Shown here piece after piece: positions 13,330 to 25,987 of a stretch of 64,000 bases of DNA. Position 1 is the first letter of the stretch. The number at the start of each line of letters is the position of its first letter. The stretch is from contig OZ260663.1 of assembly GCA_965285935.1 (NCBI GenBank), forward strand, positions 99,448,001 to 99,512,000, read 5' to 3'. This DNA is from Ophelia neglecta (Eukaryota). The notes under the pieces are model-generated. The model searched no databases, had not been told where the DNA came from, and saw only the letters and a list, made by a program, of their open reading frames with translations. Both the position numbers and the translations under genes were made by a program.

Positions 13330-16300
13330 TACCATATTGGTATTGCTTAATTAGAACACACCTATAGGCGGCCTACGTGAATTGGTCGCGGTCACATAGC
13401 TGTTACTTTAAACACTACTTAACTCACTAGACGACGCGGAAATCTTTCTGGCTAATATATTTTTCACATTAACGCTACATTTAAACTGCATTTTAAATCT
13501 GTAATACTTTCTAATGCAGTTTATCTTGCAATAGACAGTCAATACTCTTGTTTTATTGCCTAAATATATCATATTGTTACCTTAGAACAACAAATATCAG
13601 GACGCCAACAGCTAGTGCGATCAGGAATACACAGGCAACGACAATTCCAGCTATATGTCCAGACTCAAGCCCTATGATAGTTTGTGGGTCGTTGGTGGCC
13701 ACTGGCATCGAAGTGCTTACTGTGACATATGTGAACCGTGTCGTCCCTTTAGTCGTTATTTCTGGGATAGGCGTTTTAGTCGTACTCGGTTTATGGGACG
13801 AAGTTGGCTTTAGGGACGTTGTTGTCGTTGACATATACATTTTAGTTGAAGAACCTGCAGAAGAAGGAACAACAGAACGTGAACCGTAATTCACCATTAC
13901 ATGCTCCACATGAAAAACGAATTATGATAGAGGTAAGACAAGGATAACACAGCGATACTAGAAAATATAGACTATTGAATAAGACGCTGTGGAAGTGCAG
14001 TCATTGTATTCCAGTAATGCTATGTGTTGCTACTATTCTACTCTTATTGTCACTATTGATGCCTTCCTTCTGATACAACACAAGCAAAAAGATTGTAGGT
14101 TGGGTCTCAGGCATTGAATAACATTATTGCCATGCACTAATGGAGCCAGTGATTAACTGGTGATCTTGTTAAAGCCTGACTTCAGATGTGTTATGCATAT
14201 GGTTTGCAATGATGACTGGTGTCCTTCTGCAGAGTTCATTCGTTTACACCCTGTAAAGAATGTGGGCTGTGACCAGTGTGCAGCATGGGCAGCGTTCAGA
14301 ATTATACAGAACTTCTCCTTCTTATATTACATGATTCTAATCAGACTGGCAGCGCTAGTGCTCTCACTGATACATTGGTTTAAATACAGGACACCAAAAA
14401 GGATATAGCATACAGGAAAATTTGTCAGATGTTAACGATAATTCGACCAGCATAGTTATTGGCCATATACAAATGTCCATGTAACTTTTCCGGATATACC
14501 AGGGATAGGGAAGCTTAAAGCAGCCAGTCGCTTAGCCATCTCCTTCGGCTGCAAATAAAATCTCTGCTCAGCCATCGTCTACATTCTCCGTACCACATGT
14601 TTTACCTTGATTGTGATATTGAGGATATAACAGTGAAAGGCAGGCTAAAAAGAAAAGTCCTAGCCCCACAGTGCAAGCCATCTCCGTATAACCTGTGCTT
14701 CAGCATTTTGAACTGGCTTCTTTTCGTTTACGTTCAATTTAGGATAGTACGGAGTGTGAATATATATTGTTGTTTTTAAAATGTTAGGTGCATCATCATA
14801 CATACACATTGTGTGGTTCAAAATTGGTTCTCTTCACAAATAAGAATGATTGTACTGGCTGAACGCCTGCTCTCTTCTTTTTCTATAAAACTTAGCAAAT
14901 GATCTAACCAATTGTTTTAGCCAGTGATTACTTTCAAGTGATCCTTGGGTGATCGGATCAGTGCATTTATTACATGCAACAAGATATATGTGCATAGAAC
15001 CGATCACCCAGGGATTACCTGAAAATAATCACTGGCCGAATCAATGAGTTACATCATTTTTACGTATCTAAACACATATATCGATGGATACTAGGAGAAA
15101 TACTAGCATCCAGCGTTCAGTGCTGGCCTGATGATTTCGGCCCGATTTCATGGACTTTTCTTGAATTGTGATTTGGTCTCGCTTGCTGGGTATCCAGTTG
15201 TCCCTCTTTATCACATAGAATATAATAATCTCTTGGTCATTACCAGTAATTGTCAACGCTGATGAGCTTCTAAAGCTTGTCTGTTCAGATGTCATGTCTC
15301 TTGATGTGGATGCTCCTGGTGTTATAGTCGTAGAAACGCTTGGTGCAGACGTCGTTTTACCAAAATCTAAATAGTAGACCAAAGAACAAAATCATGATGA
15401 AGGTGTACATGTTTATTTATATGAACACTATTCAAAATTGGCGCGTCTCATTCCAAAGAAGAATGTTAATTCAAGTTGGTTTCAACTTAGAAAATGCTTC
15501 ACCTGGAAATGTGCTGATGTTCAGATACGACTTAGTGAACGTATAGTATGTTTCTGGACTTTCTATTTTCTGCCCTGTCGTGTTAGTCCTGTAAGCTTTC
15601 AAATCAAACAGGTATCGAGTGTCGGCCTGTAGTCCTGATACAGTTCCCTGCTGCCACCCTGTGTTATTGTAAGGCACGTCTGCCCCCTCTGTCCACTCCC
15701 CTGATGACGTGCTAGGCCGTCTGTAGTATATACGGTATCCGATGTAAGGAGCGGCTCTGTCTGAGATTCCAGTCAGACCTTCTTTCCATCTCCAGGTTAC
15801 CGAGTCCATACTCACAGATACAGGGGTGGTGTCAGCCACATCAGACCCGCCAAAGCGCATTGTGGCTGGAAATTTGGCAAAAAGCAGGCATAGGAATATT
15901 TCTAAGTCAAACATGTAATAAAGAACAAATCTAGAATGTATGAAAAAAACTTCGCAATAGAGATTATAGCAAGGTGTATTTCATAATCTGCACCGTATAT
16001 ACTACCATAGCAAATTCTTGCAATCGAATTTAACACGGCAACCGTACATATCGTTTAAACGTTGTAAAACGATGGTAGAGTACTCCCTATGGCCAGACCT
16101 AGAGGGGCGAAGGGTGATACATTGGTCCTCTTGGCGCCCGTCAAACAAAGATACGGTAAAAACATTGAAGCAAAGTAGCGTTTTTCCCTTAAAAATGACT
16201 ATGATGTCAGATGTCAATGATTTTTTTCGCCGACACATACACACAGCAGGCACCGATATCCATGGAATGAGCCGTATTACACAGCGGGGGAAACCAGAGT

Positions 16301-16902
16301 AGAGGTTCCATAGCTAGCATAAGAATGGTATGCGTTCCTCTTATTCCCTTCATATTTGATGCGTATGTCCACCATTCATTTGGTTCGTAATGCGGTAAAC
16401 GTTGACGGTAAATGCCATAATTCGAGGATAGGATATACTCCAAGTGTTCTCGGGGGAGCGAAAAGTGAATCGACGGGTGTGCAACTTCCAATACCTCTTA
16501 TTCGCTGTGTGTTCGGTGTTCATACATAACCAAAGGGTATCTAGTAGGTCGTATTTCCACAAAGTTCATTACTGCTATTGGGTTAACGGCTGTACTTTGG
16601 CAGTAGCTAGTTAAAGCTCTTATGGTCATCTGTATATGGACCCATTATTGAGGCTCAATAGATCTCGCATGAGGCCTTGTCTATGATGTTGGGGCGGGGG
16701 GGGGGGGGGTCAGAAAATAGCGTGCGGGGTGGGGACTAGAAGGGAGATAAATGGAAGGGGTGTGGAGCGAATGGAAGCTAAGACCACTGCCTTTATCATT
16801 CAAAAGCACATATTCAGTTTATATTTTAAGCCAATGGTGCCTGCCAAATATTTCGAACATTATACATTATAAGGCAGTTGGACCTTTACGGTTATTGTTC
16901 AG

Positions 16903-17438
16903 ACTCAGAATCAGACATATTTATTTTGACCAAAAATATACACAGCAAATGTAACAAAAGTATAATACACATTTATGTAATAAAGCAATCTATTAAATAC
17001 AATATAGAAATGACAGTCAAGGAAACCCTCACTTAATATAAAAGTTTATCGCTAGCGAGAGGGCCACCCGTGTAAATACATTTTACACGAAGCGACGGGG
17101 TATCCCACGCCACGGTAGCCCCAATGCGACGCCACAAACCTAACGAAACATACCGTCACCTCCCCTGCCCACGCAGGACTCCCGCTACCATCAGTGGACC
17201 CAGAAATGGGCAAAATGTGAATAATTAAATCGCGACTCAAAACAACAATCTAGCGGGACACTGTCACACTCAACAAGTCTCTTACAATTTCAACTAGCAA
17301 ATAATCATGCTCAGATGTCACCAAAAAAAACACAAATAATTGAAACAAATAAAAGAGAAAAGAGAAGAGGAAAGCAAGACATTTCATCCCATTAATGACA
17401 ACAATTAGCCAATAATAAATGCAACCATACAACCATTT
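16903..17438. mobile_element. Foreign ~540-bp segment replacing the end of the FN3-1 exon and the EGF-2 exon of PTP-B; possible retroelement fragment
   Basis: Homology to PTP-E stops at both edges. The left edge reads on the minus strand as AATAAA followed by (TCTGAN)3, resembling a non-LTR element 3' tail. Confidence 0.45.
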
Positions 17439-20400
17439 ACCTTGTCCCCGGCTGTAGCCCTGATACAGCTCCCTGCTGCCACTCTGCTGAGTTGGAATAA
17501 GGTATGTCAGCTCCTACCGTCCACCCACCGGATGATGTTGTATCGGATGACGTTGTATACAGTCTGTAGTAAATACGGTATCCGATGTAAGGAGCGGCGC
17601 GGTCTGAGATCCCCGTGGTACTCTCCTGCCATCTCCAGGTTACAGAGAACGCGGTGACTGATACCGGAATAGTCTGTACAGTGTCAGCAGAGCCGAAATT
17701 CATTTGTGCTGTTGAATTAAAATAGAAATAACCATGAGGGACAGTGTAGAGAGACAGATAGTGTAAAAACAACAAGGCGCGAGAACGAAACGTCTGTATA
17801 AGTATAGTTCATACTCACGTATTCGGATGTCACATTGGTCTCCCGCCAGCCAATCCCCGTTGACATTGTCTACACATCCTTCAGTACATGCTCCCGTCGT
17901 CCTCGCACACAACGAGCTTTTACAATTCTGGTTACATATAGCTGTGCAATTTGTCCCGTATCGACCGTCCGGGCAGTCTGGATGAAAATATCAATTATAA
18001 TTTAAAATTGTTTCATTATCTTGCACTTAACAGTAGAAATTAACATTCTATTCGTTTACCCTGGTGGTTTTACAGTTAAATGGCTTAATAGCCATGTTAA
18101 TTAATTGTAACTTTTCATATTTATGTAATCATACTTGTTATATTTTAAATGTATTGCCTACATGCCTAGATTATTTTCCAAAATTCCAGTCGTAGAGATG
18201 GTTGGTTGAGTTGTAAGTGAATTTATTTTATTGCAGTTTAGCAAGTTGGTGGACCAGACTATCTAACGATTGAATGGTTAGTTTAAATGAAATGGGAAAA
18301 ATCTTTAATTCAGATGATATTATTCCGAATTCCTTGTGGTAACGAAAGACATAAAACACAATGCCTATCGATTTATAAAATAAATATGTAGGCGGTGAGT
18401 TTATTTATTGAGTTTACTTATAAGTACAGTACATTAAATGCCAATATACAAATCAACAAGTAGGACAGCTATTGCGTTATACGTCACAGATCGTGTGCGG
18501 CCTGATACCAGACTCAATGGGACAACTAACAAGGCCGGCTTATTGACAATTCACGCTTGCTGCACACAACATCGGCATGAAGCGTCTGGTTACTGTAAGT
18601 CACATTGATAAAGCATGTATTTATATTCACCTCTATGTTTAGGCATTTCGCTAATCCTATATTATACGTACACACAACAAACATTTGTTAGAAGTCATGG
18701 TCATCGGACAATGCCGGGGTTTGGGATTCGTCCACATAAATCGTAAAAATCTGCTTCGTCGACTATTAATCTTAGAATAGAATGGCTGCCATATTTGTTT
18801 GGTTTACACTCAGCCGTGCAATGCCTATTGCGCCGTACCGTACCAGTGCAATAGCCGTGATCAGGGAGAGAGCCTCCATACAAGACTTTACGAGTAGCGG
18901 CTTGATTTTTCAATGGTCCTTACTAATAAATCCTCGGCTTCTTACAAATCATGCTACGATGTTAGCTCGTTTTCTTTATAGAATTAATCCACCTGGTGTC
19001 CAATTTGTCTAATGGTGTGTCTTTGTATAATCAACACCCTTTTTCACGTATGTTGGCAGCTCGTCCGCTATCTTTAGAGAAAGCATTGCCCCAAATCATG
19101 AATTAACTATGGCTAAATGGTACTTTAAGTATTTAACACTATTTACGAGTTCGCAAATAGGCGAGAGAAGTTTTTTTACTAGAAGTCCATGCATACGCCT
19201 ACTACAACCAGCCCAGCACAGATTTCCAAATGGCCGACTCTGGAACCATCAGCGCCGCAGTTAAGACAACCATCGGCGCCTCCAAGCGCCTGAAAAGTGC
19301 TAACTTGGATACTGAGAATTATAAGGTCTGGTTTCTAGACAACCGGGTTCGTGAATGGCCGGATTCGGTGTAAACACGTGGTCTAGCGTCAGATACGGAC
19401 AGAGCCTGAACAGCTGATACCACTGTGCTAATAATTAAGGAGTCGCTAATATTACAATATTGTTTAACTTGGCTCAGCCAGTCAGTTTATATAGTATAGC
19501 TCTCATACCCACAGGCTACACATAGACAATAAGATAGTTCTGCTTTGTCTTCCACGCTGGACGAATGTAGCACACGCATCACATAGGAAATATAGCTGAT
19601 AGCTTTTCCCGCTAATAAAGGAGTCGATATTATTAATATAATGTTGTACGCCACCATAACAGCTAGTGCTGGCGACAGGTGAAAACGGCGCGTCCTACAT
19701 TGCCAGAGAGTAATCTAAAGTATCGATTTACCTTGTGTGTTCGCCAAGGCCAGGAACAACATGGATAGACATATCTTCATAGCCCACATGTTACCTAGGT
19801 ATTAAACCTAAAAGTAGTTCTCCTGGTGAAATGTTAAGTTGTTTTCCTAGTATGTAAGCCTTAATCAAAGCGTACTAAAGCTGCATTCTTCACCTGAGTA
19901 TAGGAAAATGTTGGAAGAACCGAGAACAAGGCTTCGTGTTTTCCTTTTAAATGGGTATTAAGCAGGTATTAAAGTCACTGATACTCTGCTGACCAGATAC
20001 ACTGCGTGAGAGTGGATATCCTAATTTTACTTCCTGGTTCGTGACGTCGATCCAACCCATCGAGAACCTTTCATACAACAAATCTCTGTAAGTGTATACT
20101 GCGCTAGAGCAGACGACACGCCTGGGCGGTTTGCTTTAACATGACAAAGAAATCTCAAGGACGGATCCTTAAATCTTGAGACGGCTTAAGGTCTCAGACA
20201 GGGAGTAGGTACCCATCCTTTTGTAAACTAAGGATGGGACATATGTCAAGCGGGACATTTGTCAAGCGGGTTGAGGCTTACAGTAAAACCTGACATTGTT
20301 GAAGATAAAAGACACAGCTAATAGAAACGAGTAATTTAGCTATATTGATAAGGTTCGGCGTAGGAGTTAGAATCAAGGATGGATTTGTTTTTACCTAGGG

Positions 20401-23400
20401 AGTTAGCATAACCCGTTTCACTAACACTGGCTTAAGCCATACTTAACATATGGTTGTCGTATGGGTGTATCTCACACTTCTCTCGCATCTCCTATCAGGG
20501 TTTACGATAGTATAATATCCTCCTCGCATGAGGGCTATCGGCCTTAGTCCGCCCCGTCTGCACCATACAGGTGATCTCACAGCATTCAAGGCAACCCAGT
20601 TATGTTTACATGCGTTGATATCAATCTTTGGATATGTGTATAATGTCTGTCATAAAGCCCGGGACTCATAGAAAATCTTCTTTTCAGTCCCAGACGGTGG
20701 TCAATAGACCATGTCTTTCAGCGCTGTATTTACAGTTTGAGATCGCCGAGTGTTAGTTTAAACAGTTGACAATACGCCACTTATCCGTTCTATGGTGTAT
20801 CAGCAAGAACTCACCCCAAGTAATATATCTAAGCGAATAAATTGTTTTAGATTTTCTAATGTTTAAATCATCGCTGTATGTACATCTACCATATATATCT
20901 ATACGGTATTAGTATAGGCAATCCGGCTTGCATATCAGCCTTAATGTTCGGTAAAACCGCCCGCACACTCCCAAAGCAATATCTCCACGCGAAGCAAATC
21001 GTAAAATTTAAAGCATTATTTCTGATATTTGGTTCCCACAAGTTATTTTATAATAAACCTAATACAATCTCATTCAGCCAACAACGATAAACCGTTCAAC
21101 TTCACTTTATTGGTGTGCTTAAATAGAAAAAAAACTCAATAAATGCCGCAAATGATTGCTAAATATAGTATTCAATCAATCCAGTCTTTAAGTACTATTA
21201 ACGAGCTTCAGGTAAAGCCGATATATGTCTTTTTTTATCTATGTGTAGTAATATCTGTGTAAATTTCAACAAGTAATATACATACGCGAGATATATAACC
21301 AGACTTTAAATCAATAGTTTCAGGTCCTTGACAAGCAGGTGTATTAGATTATTATCTCAATAGATATATTTACGAATTTTATGAATGAATGTACATTATA
21401 ATATATTTTTATTACGTATCTGATCTCGACATTCTGAACGCAGGGATAAGATATAAGTTAGTTTTTTGCTGGCATACTTCATGCCAAATTCCGGAAATCA
21501 TGTAAATAAACGATAAGGGCAGGGTTTTTATAAGTTAATTGTATTTTTATAAGATGCCGAGCTGTGATAGATTTCATAGTATTGAATCGTAATGAAGCCT
21601 CTTATATATTAATAAGATTAATAAGAATAACACTGAAAACGAGTTACAGGGACCACAGGAAAGCTCCTGCCTGGTACACCGTATAAACCAACGACAGTAA
21701 ATATCAAGCTTGTAGTGGATTGAAATGCAGACGACATTCCTGTTTACACATGTTATGTATACAGTGTGGTTTTCCTTGATTCAAATGAATATAAAAGGAA
21801 GGCAGGCCACCTTTGTAGGTGTGTGTGTGTGGCGTGGGGGGGGGGGGGGGGCGGCGGTATTAACCAGGTGTGTAAATAATGCTAGACATCTCGTTAGGTC
21901 AACCCAGCATCAAAGTAAAAGAAACGTTGTTTGTGTCTTGTCGCAACTGTCCTATACTATAATATATATGTCTCTAATTGGCATTCCCATGAAACAGGAT
22001 AAAAAAACAAACATACTCAATTCTAGTTTTTAGAGAAGACAATAGAACCCAAGGCAGCTCAATCTAGCTTACATTGGCATTTGTAATTAGGTACTACAGA
22101 TGTAAAATAATATAAGAAACATGTTATATTTAATAATTAACCCTCCTTAACATGGACGAATAATGGCAAGGTTTAAAGCAGCTTTTTTCGGCTATTTGCC
22201 CACATCCGTTAGGACACCTAGCGTCAAATCGTATTAAAATCAGTGATATAATAATTGGACACAAGACTGACAACGATTTACAAAAGAACGCAGGATATGA
22301 ATTCGCTCTGTTTACACTGTAAACATCCGCTCGATCATTCTATTATGTCATTACAGGTGTCAGGCTATAGCAAGTGTTTGATTAAAAGCTTAACTTAGTT
22401 GCTGAAGGATGTTCATGTGTATACTTTGATATCTACTTTACAGGTACACGTTCTATCAAATCATCCAATTATGACTTACGCCTTGAGGCTTTATGGAATG
22501 CCATCAAAGATTCCATCGAGTTTTACACTGTTCATATTTTGGTTTTGGTTGCCTTTGTTTTACGGCGGAAAAAATGGGTCATATCTCAGGGCCAATCGCC
22601 AGTTCATCTGCTTCTTACTGATATGTTGCAGTGACCCGTGCTCAGTCAGAAAAAAGGTTGGCAAGTTAACTTAACATAGTTAACAGTTTACTGCACTATC
22701 GTTGAGACCAAAGATCTAGTGTTGATCATTTAATTTTCGCATTACTGTCGTTAGCAGCCCAGCTAATATTTGAAGGCCTACAGCTGACTTGCTCCTTATG
22801 ATTTTGGGACAAATTAATGCAATACTCATTATTATCGATTTTCTTTATCGGCCGGTTTGCCATCCCCGGCTTTGTTGGGCATTATAAGACCCAAAAATAG
22901 AGATCATGAAATGGTCTAGCTCACATCCTATACCGAATTATGCATAACGGTTGAACCTCCGTTTCCTCTCCCAAGTAAAGCCAAACGGAGATGGCGTTTA
23001 AGGCTATAAAAGGGAATGCGCACGCTATTTTAAGCAGTCAGCAGTCAGCCACTACTGACTGAAAAAAACAGCCTAAACGCAAAGCGTTAGACATGGTAAT
23101 TTTTATATTTGTGAAACAACCAAGAGAAAAAGTTAACTAATTGTTACTTGCTGAAAGAAACGTCACCTCCGAGTAAAAATGTCAAATTGTAATGCTAGAA
23201 ATAAAGTTACTTCTCAATTTTTTTAAATTACTTGTATGATATTCCAGAACCATACCAACAGGCTGCAAGTAGCAGCAAATCCGCGCACGAGACAAAAGGA
23301 ATAATTCAATGCTGGCAAAAAAAGAGTCACGATTTGTACAATATAGTTGAACTTGTTTCCACAACTCAGTATCTATAGTCTTACTCTTATACCTGTAAGC

Positions 23401-24036
23401 CACATCTTGAAAATCAGATAATATTGCATTATTTTCCGAGCTGGAAGAGACGCGTGTAGGACACATAACACGGAGGATAGCTGTAGTGATTTTGACGCCA
23501 ATAATTAAGACATTTTTTATTATCATGTTGTAGGGCAAGCCAATACCAAGCTCCGGTAACAGCTTACACCTGCGCGTCCTACATAATTCCTACAAGCCAA
23601 TTGTTTGCCCTCCCCAAATAGGCGAGCCTTCTGAAATCGACCATAGCTATGTGCGCCGGGTGTAACTCTGGACGGAAGGAGTTTTGACCCCGGTTTCGTG
23701 TATATTTGATGTTTTAGCTGCACGATTCAAAGTTTCGATTGCTCTTTATTTTATTCGCTCAAATTCTCATGCCGGATTTGTCGGTGTATCAGCAAATGTA
23801 TAGGCCCATAATATCTGTATACTCGAAGCGATTTCTTCATCTCAAAGTATGCTTATTCATGTATTTGTCCCTACCTTTAAACTTTCATTTATTCAATTTA
23901 CGAAACATTTGTGAATTTCCTTGTTTTATGAGCGCCATTTGGCAAATATTTTGCTGTTGCAACCGTAAATTAATTCCCTTCTCCGTCTGACTAGGGACTG
24001 GTAGCTAGGTAAACAGTACCTAACCTATTGTATTAC

Positions 24037-24085
24037 CTTTAATATCGGCCAAGGCCAGGCAAAGAATCGATACACATATCTTCAT
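24037..24085 (-). CDS. Extra signal-peptide exon (candidate alternative first exon of PTP-B)
   Basis: ATG..MKICVSILCLALADIK-G|GTAATA, phase 1 like the other first exons. The first ATG of the family is mutated to TTG and the second ATG is retained. The homologous upstream cassette extends to ~24930. Confidence 0.6.
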
Positions 24086-25987
24086 AGCAGCCAAAACCGT
24101 AGCTATCACACCTAATGTTAGGATTTCTCCTGGTGAAATGCCTCGCTGTTTTGTTCTTGTCCTAATCCTTTTCCTGATTACATTAAAGCTGCATTCATCA
24201 CCTGTGTATGTAAAAAGGTGTCGGTGGAACCGATAATATTGCTTGATGCTTTCCCTTTAATCCGGTATAACAGAAATTAAATTTTTCAACTTAATATCCT
24301 ACTGACCAAATACTGGGTAGCGTGGAGTTTCTCACTTTTCTCTTCCTCGCTTGGGTCGTAGATCTAACAAAAAGAGAATGCCTCATTCACAAACTGCCTA
24401 TAAGTAAATATTACGCTAGAGCACGTGACACCCCGGAGACATCCTTACCAAAGCTATATAGATTAGGTAGGGGTAGATGCACTGCTCAGGGTGGAATGTT
24501 TCACGTGGGTTGTCACCAAAACCCTACCCCTATCGCAATCCAAACCAATTAATCCACTGAATTCGAATCTAGTTAGCTCTAACTAATAATCCCATTTAAA
24601 CCTTTATTTATTGTTTTGGTACCTGTATATGTTTATTTTACACTTCCTTCGTACCTAGTTTTACAAAACACGACTAGTATTGTATTCTCCTCGTACATGG
24701 ACGATCGGTCTCAGTCCGCCCATGTCTGCACTATTAGAGATTACATCCTAGAACAACTCATTCATAGAAAACATTCATATTTGCTTCCGACGGTAGTCAA
24801 CAAACCCAGTCTTCCAGCGCTGTTTTTCTACCATATTACAGCATTGTGTTTTAGTTAACATCCATATTTAACAAGACGCATGTTATCTGCGGTACGAGGT
24901 TTTATCAAGAACTTGTCACAAGTAATACATCTAGACGATAATTATTTCTGTTTTTTATATCAAAACTTTAATTAACTAATTATGTTTTGAATAATATTTA
25001 GGGAGCTAGAATATGGTATAACAGCGAAAACTGACCGCAAGGAATATTTACAGATAATTGTCTCCAAAATATATTATAATAATGTCGTTCTGTTAAACAG
25101 TGGGTCTGTATGAATTCCCAGCAATTAGTATCTTCACGCAATGTTTTGTTTCAAGACAACATTTTCAAGTCCTTGACAAGCAGTAACAAGGAATATAGTA
25201 ATCCCAATGATGTGGGATATTCAAAATATTTTTTTGCTTTCTCTCTCTCAGCCTGTAAGTATAATATTCCATCCTCACTGCGCCGATGGACATTATAACA
25301 ACAGATCTCCTGGTAATCAAAGCATCTAAAACATAACCAGGTCGGTGATAGGTAGTTTTACCTTGATAAATAATGTCGTGGCTTTTAGGAAGCGCATTCA
25401 AGGGCATGTATACCGTTTGTGTTAACCAATTGAAAATAGATTCCTCCTCCGAGTAGCACATGCACACTCACAGCTATCTGGGAGTTCGGGAAGTCCTTGA
25501 ATTTTCAGAAAACAGTGTGTTTAGAATGATCATTACTGAAGGAGATGCCTGTAGGTCACTGACATATTGATGCACTTTGGTAATGATATAAATTGTACGC
25601 TGCACTATTAAGATTAACCATGTAACCGATCGCAAGAGGTGGAGTATGCTAATGCTAGACGGGTAAACTCGACATTAGATTTTTACCAAAGCAACATGGT
25701 AGGGTTTAAAACCAGCCCAAAGCCATCGCTAAAGTAGTCACACTATGTATATATCGGAGGAGTAACTATTAATCTGGGGGGTTGAACAAAATAAATAACA
25801 ATATTGTGCCAACAATTTATGCTATTTTATTTCATCCATTGATCAGAACCCTCTGTAACACAAGTTTATTATCATGTGAGCCTTATTAAACTAATGTGAC
25901 TACATCTATATTTGCTATAGTACTGGATGGAATGTAACATTGTTCTATGTTATTACAATATAATAGGTCATGCTGGCAGGTTTTCAT

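Larger units (their letters stand above)
6344..19789 (-). pseudogene. PTP-B: receptor-type protein tyrosine phosphatase (EGF/FN3 ectodomain, tandem D1/D2), disrupted copy
   Basis: Exons 19732-19789, 17819-17977, ~17440-17708 (truncated FN3, reads AGG TAA), 15503-15865, 15244-15366, 13581-13854 (TM), 12677-12795, 12090-12381 (292 nt vs 293 in the paralog, a frameshift), 11590-11677, 11312-11388, 11048-11087, 10837-10934, 10414-10542, 9666-9811 (WPD, VHC), 9313-9448 (SAGVGRTG), 8983-9129, 8657-8753, 8257-8330, 7731-7865, 7330-7464, 6981-7138, 6703-6838, 6344-6418 (..YANFQ*). The EGF-2 exon is absent. The RPTP identity is secure; pseudogene status is about 0.65. Confidence 0.8.
1..22280. repeat. 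Segmental duplication copy 1 (receptor A 5' part + PTP-B)
   Basis: Colinear with ~32547-57490 across exons, introns and intergenic DNA (1<->32547, 6344<->39515, ~22270<->~57470). Confidence 0.9.
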
